From Bacteroidota bacterium (lineage in GTDB: Bacteria; Bacteroidota; Bacteroidia; Cytophagales; UBA9547): a stretch of DNA of 64,000 nucleotides. The position numbers and the translations under genes were made by a program. Below the pieces are notes generated by a model. That model searched no databases, had not been told where the DNA came from, and worked only from the letters and a program-made list of their open reading frames with translations. Every line of letters begins with the position of its first letter. The first letter of the stretch is position 1. Positions 47,922-57,252 of the stretch are shown piece after piece. Location: the NCBI GenBank assembly GCA_004293915.1, contig RDZG01000056.1, positions 19,342 to 83,341 on the forward strand, read 5' to 3'.

Positions 47922-48459
47922 AAGGCTTACCCGATTTTTGCATTATTTCAAATGTGTTTTTTTGTTTTAGTGCATTTTCTATTGCTTTCACCACAAACTC
48001 TGATTTTGAATTTCCGCAAAATCTACTTTTATTGTAATTACCTCTAAAAATTAATTTGCCGTATTGATTTAGCAAAACTGCTTGAGGTGTAGAATAAACG
48101 CCATAATGTTTTGCCATTTCTCCATTTTTGTCATATTTAATATTGATTGGGAAATCAACTGAGGTTGAACTATCTGTGGAATAAGCCAAAATTTCAATAT
48201 CTGAAGTATATTTATTAACAATTTTTTCAAAATGTTTTAAGTTGAATCTTGAACAAGGGCAGTTTGGATTAAAAAAGTGGATTAGTTTTAATTTTTTGTT
48301 TGTCGTATCACTCAATTTAATCCCAAATTCTTTTTTGACATAGCCACTAGGTATTGGCGTTGGCAAGCTGTCTTTTATTTCGGCATGATAAAACATATAC
48401 AAAACTCCTGAAAACAGTGCAAAAACAACTAAAACAGTTACAGTAAATTTGGTTCTCAT
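47899..48459 (-). CDS. Membrane-anchored thioredoxin-fold protein with CPCS motif
   Basis: 186 aa with an N-terminal TM helix (VTVLVVFALFSGVLYMFY). LKLIHFFNPNCPCSRFNLKHF provides a CxC/CxxS active-site-like motif after a beta strand. YSTPQAVLLNQYGKLIFRG provides a cis-Pro loop region. Confidence 0.65.
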   Translation of the reverse strand: MRTKFTVTVLVVFALFSGVLYMFYHAEIKDSLPTPIPSGYVKKEFGIKLSDTTNKKLKLIHFFNPNCPCSRFNLKHFEKIVNKYTSDIEILAYSTDSSTSVDFPINIKYDKNGEMAKHYGVYSTPQAVLLNQYGKLIFRGNYNKSRFCGNSKSEFVVKAIENALKQKNTFEIMQKSGKPYGCSIYN

Positions 48460-48462
48460 TTT

Positions 48463-48891
48463 CTACTGTTCATTAAAATTTGTTTCTGTATTTTTTTGAA
48501 TCTTGTCTAAATCAATTTTCTTAAGCAACTTAATAAATCTATCCAATAGCAAAGGTTTTTGCATGTAATCAATAACTGAGTGATAGCTTAATGCCTTAAT
48601 TTTATCATGCTCTAAATCCGAACTACTCAATATGCAAACTGGAATATTGCTACAAAAGACAATATTTGCATATAACTGGTCTAAAAACTCGAAACCACTT
48701 AAACTAGGCATATTTAAGTCAAGCAATATCAAATCTGGTAACGAATCTAAATCGGTACGTGTTTTTAAATTTGCTAAGGCTTCATAAGGCGACAAAAAAC
48801 TTATAATATTTAAACCACTATCATATCCTTTCAAAATAGTTTTTGTGATGAATATGCAAATTTCATCATCATCTATAAGCATTATTTTCAT
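48463..48891 (-). CDS. Stand-alone CheY-like receiver domain protein (first gene of the seven-gene operon)
   Basis: It has MKIMLIDDDE (acidic pocket), LILLDLNMP (phospho-acceptor Asp), ILSSS and MQKP (conserved Lys), and no output domain. I prefer the ATG at 48891 to the track start at 48915. Confidence 0.8.
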   Translation of the reverse strand: MKIMLIDDDEICIFITKTILKGYDSGLNIISFLSPYEALANLKTRTDLDSLPDLILLDLNMPSLSGFEFLDQLYANIVFCSNIPVCILSSSDLEHDKIKALSYHSVIDYMQKPLLLDRFIKLLKKIDLDKIQKNTETNFNEQ

Positions 48892-49733
48892 ATTAATCAA
48901 GTATCTAAGTAGCATATTTTAAACATATGTAAATAAAGCAATTTGATTTTTATTTTCGTAAGATTTGAATTAATATTTTAAAAAATCAGGGTAATTATAT
49001 TTATTGGCAAGGGTTCGCACTTGATATACGAACAAATATTTCGACAGACAAGCAAAAAACAAGCACTAATACATAAAATAATTCGACAAAATAGAAATTA
49101 AAGATTTTAAAAAATGCCTTTTTGTCCAGCATATTTAATTAATTCTGCGGTAGAATGTAGGTTTAGTTTTTTGTATATATTTGTTTTATAGCCCTCAATC
49201 GTTTTAATTGAAAGACTCATTTTATTAGAAATTTGCTTATTAGAAAAACCTTGGCAAATAAAACTTATGACTTGTGTTTCTTTGTATGTCAAAACTGGTT
49301 CAGATTTGTTGCTAATAGCATAATCTAAAAATGTTTTTTTTATATCATCTGACAAATAAGTATGATTAGATTTAATTGAATTTATGGCATCAAAAAGGTT
49401 TGTTATTTTTGCATTTTTGCTCACATATCCTTGAACTCCCATCGAAAACATTTTTTTAACAAAAGCATATTCATCATGCATCGAAACAACAATGATTTTA
49501 ATAAAGGGCATAGTCTTTTTTATTTCTTGTATCAGCGTAATTCCAGATTCGCCTTTAAGGTTTATGTCAAGCATCAAAATATGTGGTTTTAGTCGTTCAA
49601 TTTCTTTGAAAGCGTCTGTAATATTATCAGCTTCTCCAACTATTTCAAGATCGGTTTTCGATTCCAAAAACTGTATCCACGTTTCTCTCAACAGCCTATG
49701 ATCTTCAATAATATATAATTTTGTGCTTATCAA
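48792..49733. repeat. Segmental duplication, lower copy (5' part of receiver gene + intergenic block + NarL-type regulator gene)
   Basis: It aligns along its length with 49901-50850, with an offset of about 1,108-1,117 bp. One conserved non-coding block is gggttcgcacttgatatacgaacaaatatttcgacagacaagcaaaaaacaagcactaat, which pairs with gggtttgcacttgatgcacaagccaatatttcgacaaacaagcaaaaaacaagtactaat. Confidence 0.85.
49107..49733 (-). CDS. NarL/FixJ-type response regulator (receiver + LuxR HTH), copy 1
   Basis: 208 aa. It contains YIIEDHRLLRE, ILMLDINL and the LuxR-type HTH LTYKETQVISFICQGFSNKQISNKMSLSIKTIEGYKTNIYKKL. Confidence 0.9.
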   Translation of the reverse strand: MISTKLYIIEDHRLLRETWIQFLESKTDLEIVGEADNITDAFKEIERLKPHILMLDINLKGESGITLIQEIKKTMPFIKIIVVSMHDEYAFVKKMFSMGVQGYVSKNAKITNLFDAINSIKSNHTYLSDDIKKTFLDYAISNKSEPVLTYKETQVISFICQGFSNKQISNKMSLSIKTIEGYKTNIYKKLNLHSTAELIKYAGQKGIF

Positions 49734-49879
49734 TTTGTATGTATCAAAATTGCAAAATGAATATGGATATATGAACTTATAATCATTTTTATTTATTTTT
49801 CATATATATTTTTGTACATATTTATTTGTTTTCAATCCAATTACGAAGTTAGAACCAACCCTAAAAAGTTATTTTTAAA

Positions 49880-49999
49880 TTAGAAAAGCTTTTTTGGTAA
49901 CAAAAAACTTATAATATTTAAACAGTTATTATATCTATTTAAAATTGTTTTTGTAGCAAATACACAAATTTCGTGATTATCATTAAGTATTATTTTCAT
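49880..49999 (-). pseudogene. Fragment of a receiver-domain gene (first ~33 codons, degenerate), a relic of the duplication
   Basis: It translates to MKIILNDNHEICVFATKTILNRYNNCLNIISFLLPKKLF*. The intact gene reads MKIMLIDDDEICIFITKTILKGYDSGLNIISFLSPYEAL... The acidic pocket DDD has become NDN, and homology ends after SFL. Confidence 0.75.
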
Positions 50000-50850
50000 G
50001 TTAAGTAAATTATAAGTTTTACTTTTGTAAGATATTGTAAATAAAGCAATTAAATCGTACTATTAGTAAGTTAATGGTTATAAATTTATTATCTTAAGGG
50101 TTAATATATTTATAGATAAGGGTTTGCACTTGATGCACAAGCCAATATTTCGACAAACAAGCAAAAAACAAGTACTAATCCGCAAAATTGTTCGACAAAA
50201 AATAGAGATTTGTTTTGAATCTTTTAAAATATGCCCTTTTCTCTAGCATATTTTATTAATTCAACAGTACAGTGTAAATTTAATTTTTTGTACAAATTGC
50301 TTTTATGTCCCTCAATAGTTTTTATAGAAAGGCTCATTTTATTAGAAATTTGCTTATTAGAAAAACCTTGGCAAATAAAACTTATGATTTGTGTTTCTTT
50401 GTATGTCAAAACTGGTTCAGATTTGTTGCAAATAGCATAATCTAGAAATGTTTTTTTTATATCATCAGACAAATAGATTTGATTGTCTTTAATAGAATTT
50501 ATGGCATCAAAAAGGTTTGCAAATTTTGCATTTTTGCTAACATAGCCTTGAATACCAAGCGAAAACATTTTTTTAACAAACGCATATTCATCATGCATCG
50601 AAACAACAATGATTTTAATAAAGGGCATGGTCATTTTTAAATTATGAATAAGTGTAATTCCTGATTCACCTTTTAGATTAATATCAAGCATCAAAATGTG
50701 TGGCTTCAACCGCTCGATATCCTTATAGGCATCAATAATATTGTCTGAATCTCCAACTATTTCAAGATCGGTTTTCGATTCCAAAAACTGTATCCACGTT
50801 TCTCTCAACAGCCGATGGTCTTCAATAATATATATTTTTGTGATTGTCAT
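49901..50850. repeat. Segmental duplication, upper copy
   Basis: See 48792-49733. The copies are separated by a unique spacer of about 167 bp (49734-49900). Confidence 0.85.
50224..50850 (-). CDS. NarL/FixJ-type response regulator, copy 2 (coupled to the histidine kinase)
   Basis: 208 aa. About 180 of 208 residues are identical to copy 1 by manual alignment. The start overlaps the kinase stop (TAATG). Confidence 0.9.
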   Translation of the reverse strand: MTITKIYIIEDHRLLRETWIQFLESKTDLEIVGDSDNIIDAYKDIERLKPHILMLDINLKGESGITLIHNLKMTMPFIKIIVVSMHDEYAFVKKMFSLGIQGYVSKNAKFANLFDAINSIKDNQIYLSDDIKKTFLDYAICNKSEPVLTYKETQIISFICQGFSNKQISNKMSLSIKTIEGHKSNLYKKLNLHCTVELIKYAREKGIF

Positions 50851-52568
50851 TATAAAGGTATTGATATTACAAAAAGCGTTCCATAATTATATTTTGAATA
50901 TATTTTTATTTTGCCGTTCAAAAAAGCAACTCGATTTTTAATATTATCTAATCCCATTCCAGTGCTTATTTGTGAATATTCAAATCCTTTGCCATTATCT
51001 GATGTAATCAAATATAGTTCAGTTTTATAAATTTTTATTTTTATATTGTAATTAGATGCTGACGAATGTTTACAAACATTTTGAGATATTTCTTGAATGA
51101 TTCTAAAAATATTAAGTTTTAAGTCATATTGTATATCAGCATTTATTTTGTCTTGGATTTCAAAATTATGTTTTATTTGAGAATCTTTAAATATGGTTGA
51201 TAAATAATGACTTACAGAATCGCCAAACGAAATATTTTTTAATAAAAAATGGCTTGAATTATTTATAATTGACTTAATTTCATTACTTGCTAGGTCTAGA
51301 GTTTCTACAACTTTGGTTTTTGCTTCGGATTCTTCAATTCGAGTAAGATTAATTTTAGCAATATATAAAAGTTGGTTTACACTGTCGTGCAATTCTGTTG
51401 CAATTCTGTTTTTTTCAACCTCTTGAAAATCAATAATTGATTTGGCTATTTTTATTTTTTCAGTTGGTTGTTCAATGTTTAAATCATTGAATTTGCAATT
51501 TATAACCACAAATTCTACTTCATCAGCATTGTTTCTGAGCGGAGAGTAATTTACGTCTGAAAGAAATTGTCCTGTATCATAATAAATGTTAAAATCAAGT
51601 TTAATGGTTTCTCCATTAAATACACGATCATAAATTGTCAAAATTCTTTGTTTATATACATCAGGAATATAATCTAATACATATTGTCCCACAAAGGGTG
51701 TAACTCCAAATCTTTCAGCTATTTTGATACTAACTACATTAAAAGTTATCAGTTTATATTCTTTATTGATTACGGAAATAGAACGTTCATTACTATCCAA
51801 AATAGATTTTAAATGCGAAATAATATGTGAAAATTCTGCTTCTTTTTTCTTTAGTTTTGTGATGTCTATAATTATTCCATTAATATATTCTTTTTCGGAA
51901 AACGAATTAAAATGATATTCAAAAATACCTTCTATGAATTTTGTGCCATTTTCAAATGTTGGGTCTAAAATTCTAAACTGTTTTGCAGATATAGTTTTAG
52001 TTGTTTTTAGTTCAGCAATTATACTTCGATTCACAATTGGTAAATCTTCTGGGTAAGTTTTTCTAAAAATATGATCGAGCGTAATATTATCTTGCTTATC
52101 AAAGTTATAAATGGTATAAAACTCATCGCTTAACTGAATATTATCTGAAGCAATATCTAAAGAGAATGTGGATAAATCCGTAATCACATTTGAATGATTT
52201 ATCAATTGCCGAACATCTATTTTTTCAATTTCAGTTTTTCTTACTTTTGCAATATCATATCCTATGCAAACAACACCATTTAGAAGCTTGTTTTCATTAT
52301 AGTTGATTTTGAATTCCCAATAAGTCCAAAAAAAACTACCATCAGGGTTGGGTTTTCTTAGTTCAAGATATTCAACTGTAGATTTACCTGAAAATAGTCT
52401 TAGCATAGCATCTATTGCCAAATGTGCATCTTCTTCATGAATACTTTTTATACTTTGAGTACCAATAAAATTATTGTGCAAGAAGCCAAACTTTTCTTTA
52501 AAATGTGGGTTAATATATATGTAGTTTCCGTTTATGTCGGTAATAATATGGTATATTTTTTCGTACAT
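50850..52568 (-). CDS. Multi-PAS sensor histidine kinase (HisKA_3/NarX-DegS type)
   Basis: 572 aa and cytoplasmic, with no TM segment. It has PAS-like repeats, then the H-box IATELHDSVNQLL and the ATPase region DNGKGF...GMGLDNIKNRVAFLNGKIKI. Confidence 0.85.
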   Translation of the reverse strand: MYEKIYHIITDINGNYIYINPHFKEKFGFLHNNFIGTQSIKSIHEEDAHLAIDAMLRLFSGKSTVEYLELRKPNPDGSFFWTYWEFKINYNENKLLNGVVCIGYDIAKVRKTEIEKIDVRQLINHSNVITDLSTFSLDIASDNIQLSDEFYTIYNFDKQDNITLDHIFRKTYPEDLPIVNRSIIAELKTTKTISAKQFRILDPTFENGTKFIEGIFEYHFNSFSEKEYINGIIIDITKLKKKEAEFSHIISHLKSILDSNERSISVINKEYKLITFNVVSIKIAERFGVTPFVGQYVLDYIPDVYKQRILTIYDRVFNGETIKLDFNIYYDTGQFLSDVNYSPLRNNADEVEFVVINCKFNDLNIEQPTEKIKIAKSIIDFQEVEKNRIATELHDSVNQLLYIAKINLTRIEESEAKTKVVETLDLASNEIKSIINNSSHFLLKNISFGDSVSHYLSTIFKDSQIKHNFEIQDKINADIQYDLKLNIFRIIQEISQNVCKHSSASNYNIKIKIYKTELYLITSDNGKGFEYSQISTGMGLDNIKNRVAFLNGKIKIYSKYNYGTLFVISIPL

Positions 52569-52602
52569 TTATTTTTAATTAATGTCATAAGAAATCAAAT
52601 AA

Positions 52603-53924
52603 TCAACTTTTTACTAAAATTTTAGTCAATGTTTTCAAATAAAAATAACCAATTAATCCAGAAAGAGATGATGCAATCAAAATGGCAACTTTGGCAGTTT
52701 CAATATCGTTTTTGTTTGTAAATGCCAAACCTGTTACAAACATCGACATCGTAAAACCAATACCAGCCAACCAAGCCATTCCATAAATGTATTTCCAATT
52801 TACATCGTCTGGAATTTGGAAGTTAAAAATATTCCAGTAGATTTTCCCAACATCAAGCCAAATATTATACCAAGTGCAACTGGCGAAAATATATTCGCAA
52901 ATGCCTCACTATCAATAATTACACCAGCATTTGCAAAAGCAAAAAGTGGCATAATAAAATAGTTTGTAAGTGGATGTAAAAATATCAAAACATTATGTAG
53001 CGGAGCTTCCATTTTATTGCTTTCGTGTTGCATTTTTTCTATCAACTCGCCACGAACCAATTTATCTGTGATTGATTTATCCGAAAGTTGATTCACGCAG
53101 TCTTTGACAAGGGCTAATTGTTTTGCAAAAATGGTTTCATAGTTGTTTAAACGAAATGGCACAGCAATTGCAAAAACTACCCCAGCAATGGTAGGATGGA
53201 TGCCAGCCATATAGAAAAAATACCAAAGCAAAACTCCTAATAAAGAATACAATCTCAAATCAGTAATTCCGCCTTTATTCATTCCAAAAAGCAATGCAAT
53301 AACTGCTATTCCACCTGCCAAATGATACCAATCGAGTGAATTTGAATAAAATAGTGCAATTACAATAATGGCACCTAAATCATCGGCAATGGCTAGGGCA
53401 GCCAAAAATATTTTCAAACTAAAAGGTGCATTTTTGCCTAAAAGCGAAAAAACCGTGAGCGAAAATGCAATATCTGTTGCGGTTGGAATTCCCCAACCTG
53501 ATGCAGTTGGAGTTCCAAAATTAAAGGCTGTGTATATAAGTGCTGGGAAAAGCATACCACCAAGTGCTGCTATCACTGGCAAGATGGCTTTTTCTTTAGA
53601 ACTCAAAGCACCTTCGATGATTTCTCTTTTGATTTCGCCACCGACCACAATAAAAAACAAGGTCATCAACACATCGTTTATCAAAATGTGTAAATCCATA
53701 ACCATTTTGAATTCGCCAAAATGGAATTCAAATTCGGTATGCCAAAAATGTAAAAACGATTCGCCAAATGAACTGTTTGCAAAGAGCAAAGCCAAAACTG
53801 TAACACATAATAATATCAAACCACCAATTTCGAGGTCTGCAAAATATTTTTGCACGGGCATTATAAAATTACGTGCAATAGCAACTTTAATTTTTTTTGA
53901 AGGCATATTTTCTAAATTTTGCAC
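52603..53924 (-). pseudogene. nhaA: Na+/H+ antiporter NhaA, disrupted by a frameshift/short deletion near the 3' end
   Basis: The 374-aa ORF (52800-53924) ends ...GLMLGKSTGIFLTSKFQTM*. A different frame over 52603-52815 continues IPDDVNWKYIYGMAWLAGIGFTMSMFVTGLAF...LKTLTKILVKS*, which is the conserved NhaA C-terminus including the GIGFTMS motif. Confidence 0.65.
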
Positions 53925-53928
53925 GTAA

Positions 53929-54603
53929 TTACAAAAATTTTATTCTTTCCGCAACGATAGTATCAATAATTATGAATGATTTTTCTGCTTCTTTTTGATT
54001 TCCCTCAAAATATGATAAAAATTCTCGTTTTAATTCATTTTTAAAAGTATCATCAAACCAATTTATAACTCTGGCTGAACTAAAATGTGATTTTGAAAAT
54101 GCTTTATATGAGTCTAAACAGGTTTTAAAATCCTCTGGCAAAAACTTATTTATGTTTTCAATTAACAATTTCGTGGCTTTATGTAACAACAAAATATTAA
54201 TACCAACACCTTCGAATTTTATGCAATTTTGAAACTCGCTATTGCTCTGGCTCACAGCACGTTGTATTTTTTGAATCATAACTTCTTGTACGATTTCATC
54301 TATTGGTTTTAAATAAAAAGCGTGTTTTGTTTTGATGCCAGCCAAAGAAATTGTTTTTGCTTTGGAATTCATTTGCACAATTTTTTCAAGATTCTTGATT
54401 TCGGTTTGCATCAAATTTTTTTCACTACTGTTTGCACTTGCAATGGTATTCAAATAAATTTCAAAAGCACTTTTGATTTGCGTATTGTTTCTATTATATG
54501 TGATTTGATAATAAAGTGGATATAATTTCTGCCCCAACATTGCACCATTTGGAGATAATTTCGTGTTTAAAAATGGTTTTATTGTGATCAGTTTTTCTTT
54601 CAT
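53929..54603 (-). CDS. Hypothetical protein (224 aa)
   Basis: The ORF lies 4 nt upstream of nhaA on the same strand. I cannot confidently assign a family. Confidence 0.5.
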   Translation of the reverse strand: MKEKLITIKPFLNTKLSPNGAMLGQKLYPLYYQITYNRNNTQIKSAFEIYLNTIASANSSEKNLMQTEIKNLEKIVQMNSKAKTISLAGIKTKHAFYLKPIDEIVQEVMIQKIQRAVSQSNSEFQNCIKFEGVGINILLLHKATKLLIENINKFLPEDFKTCLDSYKAFSKSHFSSARVINWFDDTFKNELKREFLSYFEGNQKEAEKSFIIIDTIVAERIKFL

Positions 54604-54823
54604 TTTATTTACTTTTTACAAATATTTGAGCGATTAAAGGTAACAACAAAAAATTCTTTAGGCAATTATTCGATGATTTTAACAATTATTTTATATGCCA
54701 ACTCAAAAAATTTATATTGTAAACAGAAATGGATAAAATCAATTAAAAAATTCAATCACATATTTGCTTTATAACCGTATAAATGTGTAGTTTTAAAAAC
54801 CGATTACAAATTGGTTAAAACAG

Positions 54824-55297
54824 TTGATGCGTTTCAAAACATTAATCTCTTTATTTTTTGTAAGTTTATGCTTGTTATTTTGTTCTAAAAAACAATATAT
54901 CTGTCCAGCATATACGACTTATTTTATTCACGATCAAAAAGAGCGAGACAAAGTTTTTATGCCATTTGTAGAAGATAGTTTGAAAGAATCTACATCGGCA
55001 ACAGATACAGATGATACGTTGGCAAACAAAAATATAAAATCAAATGAGTCGGGAAAATTCCAACTCAAAACTTCAAATCCTAAAGACAAATCTGGTAAAA
55101 AATACCAAGTAAATGGACTTGTAACGGCATCAAAAACATCAAAAACAAAAGCCAGAAATGTATCTGAAATCGAAATGAAAGTGATTTCTATCAAAGGCAC
55201 TGCACTTTTTTCGGGTATAGATTCTACTTCAAAAGAGCCACAAGTTGAAACACCAATAAAAGAAGAAGTTGCACCAACAGATACAACTCAAAAATAG
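54824..55297 (+). CDS. Putative lipoprotein (157 aa), Ser/Thr/Lys-rich
   Basis: The signal FFVSLCLLFCSKK has a lipobox-like Cys. The mature part is low-complexity. Confidence 0.5.
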   Translation: MMRFKTLISLFFVSLCLLFCSKKQYICPAYTTYFIHDQKERDKVFMPFVEDSLKESTSATDTDDTLANKNIKSNESGKFQLKTSNPKDKSGKKYQVNGLVTASKTSKTKARNVSEIEMKVISIKGTALFSGIDSTSKEPQVETPIKEEVAPTDTTQK

Positions 55298-55445
55298 TAA
55301 TATTTTTTAATTATATTGAAACAAGTTGTGCTGAGATTTATATAATTGAGTAAAATAATATAGGAATTAAGAAAATTATTTTATAAATTTATCCCCATTT
55401 TATAATTTTAGTTTCGCTTTAGCGTTTTTCTAAAAATAGAAAAAT

Positions 55446-57251
55446 TTGCAACAGATGAAACGATTAAATAACGAATTTAAAAATCAACTCGATAGAAATA
55501 TGAGTAAAGTTAAATTAAGAGGTTCTCGCTACATCGTTAGGTTGTTAGAACTATTAGAAATTAAAGACATTTTTGCCTATCCAGGCGGAGCAATTTTGCC
55601 AATTTATGATGAAATTCCGCATAGTGCTATGAAACATATACTTGTTCGCCACGAACAAGCTGCTGCTTTTGCAGCCGAAGGATATGCTCGTGTAACTGGC
55701 AAATTAGGTGTTTGCTTGGCAACTTCGGGTCCAGGGGCAACAAATTTAGTAACAGGAATTGCCGATGCTTGGGCAGATTCTGTACCGCTTTTGGCACTTA
55801 CTGGTCAGGTAGCCACACATTTGATTGGTACTGATGCCTTTCAAGAAACCGATATGTCTGGAATCTGTATTCCAATAACTAAAAAAGCATTTTTGATGAA
55901 AAACATCAAAGATGCTCCAAAAATATTAGCTGAAGCTTATAAAATTGCTCTATCTGGTCGTCCAGGTCCAGTTTTAGTTGATATTCCACGTGATGTTCAA
56001 GGTGCTGATATTGAGCTTGAAGAAGGCTGGGAATTGACTTTTAAAATTCCTAAAATAGAAAGATTAAACAAAGCTGAAGTTTCAGAATTAGACAAAGCAA
56101 AAGAATTATTAAAAAATGCAAAAAAACCATTAATCATTGCTGGTCATGGTAATTTATTGTCAGAATCTTGGAAAGAAATTCGTGAGTTTGTTGCCAAAGA
56201 ACGCATTCCTGCGGTTTCAACTATTTTAGGAATAGGTATTTTCGAAAATGCTGACCCACTATATTTTTCTTGGTTGGGAATGCATGGCATGAAATATGCC
56301 AACGATGCCGTTCAAGAAGCAGATTTGATTATTGCATTAGGTATTCGTTTTGATGATAGAATCACATTTAGATTAGATAAATTTGCACCAAAAGCAAGTG
56401 TAATTCATGTTGATATTGACAAAAGCGAATATGCCAAAAATGTGCCAACGCATGCATTTATCCATTCAGACTTAAAATTATTTTATCAAAATTTTCCTTC
56501 CACAATTTCTGCTTCAAACCGAGAAGATAGAGAAAACTGGATTGAGCATTTGAGTAAATTACGCAAACGTTTCCCAATCAAACCAGCAAATCCAGAAAAG
56601 TTTGATATGGTAAATGCGTTAACGATTTTGAGAAACAATATACCAAAAGATGCTGTGATAACAACTGATGTTGGGCAACACCAAATGTGGTCGTCTCAAT
56701 ATATGGATCGTATCGAACCGAATCATTTTCTTACTTCGGCAGGCTTAGGTGCTATGGGTTTTGGATTTCCTGCTGCCATGGGTGCGGCTGTTGCCAAACC
56801 AAACAACGAAGTTTGGTCTATCAGTGGCGATGGCGGTTTTCAAATGAATATTCAAGAACTGATTACTTTAGTTCAAGATAATATAAAAGTTAAAATATTG
56901 ATTTTAGATAATTGCTATTTGGGTATGGTTCGCCAATGGCAAGAGCAGTTTTATGCAAAAAACTATTCGGGAGTAGATTTATTAAATCCAGATTTTGTAA
57001 AACTAGCCGAAGCCTATCGTGTAAAAGCAGTTTGTGTAGAAAATGGTGCCGATTTTGAAGAAGCAATAAGAGAAGCACAAGACCATGATGGTCCATTTTT
57101 GCTTCATGCAAAAGTATTGAGATCTGAGAATGTATTGCCAATGGTTGCTCCTGGCACTAGCTTGAGCGAAACCATTTATTATTCTGAAGATGAATTTGAT
57201 CCGATGAAAGAAGAAAGAGCTTTAAAAAATTTAATGTTAAAATCGAATTAG
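55446..57251 (+). CDS. ilvB: Acetolactate synthase (acetohydroxy-acid synthase) large subunit, ThDP-dependent
   Basis: It contains FAYPGGAILPIYDE, HEQAAAFAAEGYARVTGKLGVCLATSGPGATNLVTGIADA and the ThDP motif GDGGFQMNIQEL. The likely true start is MSKVKL (ATG at 55500). Confidence 0.85.
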   Translation: MQQMKRLNNEFKNQLDRNMSKVKLRGSRYIVRLLELLEIKDIFAYPGGAILPIYDEIPHSAMKHILVRHEQAAAFAAEGYARVTGKLGVCLATSGPGATNLVTGIADAWADSVPLLALTGQVATHLIGTDAFQETDMSGICIPITKKAFLMKNIKDAPKILAEAYKIALSGRPGPVLVDIPRDVQGADIELEEGWELTFKIPKIERLNKAEVSELDKAKELLKNAKKPLIIAGHGNLLSESWKEIREFVAKERIPAVSTILGIGIFENADPLYFSWLGMHGMKYANDAVQEADLIIALGIRFDDRITFRLDKFAPKASVIHVDIDKSEYAKNVPTHAFIHSDLKLFYQNFPSTISASNREDRENWIEHLSKLRKRFPIKPANPEKFDMVNALTILRNNIPKDAVITTDVGQHQMWSSQYMDRIEPNHFLTSAGLGAMGFGFPAAMGAAVAKPNNEVWSISGDGGFQMNIQELITLVQDNIKVKILILDNCYLGMVRQWQEQFYAKNYSGVDLLNPDFVKLAEAYRVKAVCVENGADFEEAIREAQDHDGPFLLHAKVLRSENVLPMVAPGTSLSETIYYSEDEFDPMKEERALKNLMLKSN

Positions 57252-57252
57252 T

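Noticed and set aside
53368-53928. 186-aa plus-strand ORF
   Set aside because: It is antisense to the well-supported nhaA reading frame. It is a shadow ORF.
53929-54603. The N-terminus (ITIKPFLNTKL...KLYPLYYQITYNRNNTQIKS) looked like the Arm-type DNA-binding domain of Bacteroidota tyrosine integrases, hinting at a mobile element
   Set aside because: The protein is only 224 aa and has no R-H-R-Y catalytic region. There are no flanking repeats or cargo. The evidence is insufficient to call it a recombinase or mobile element.
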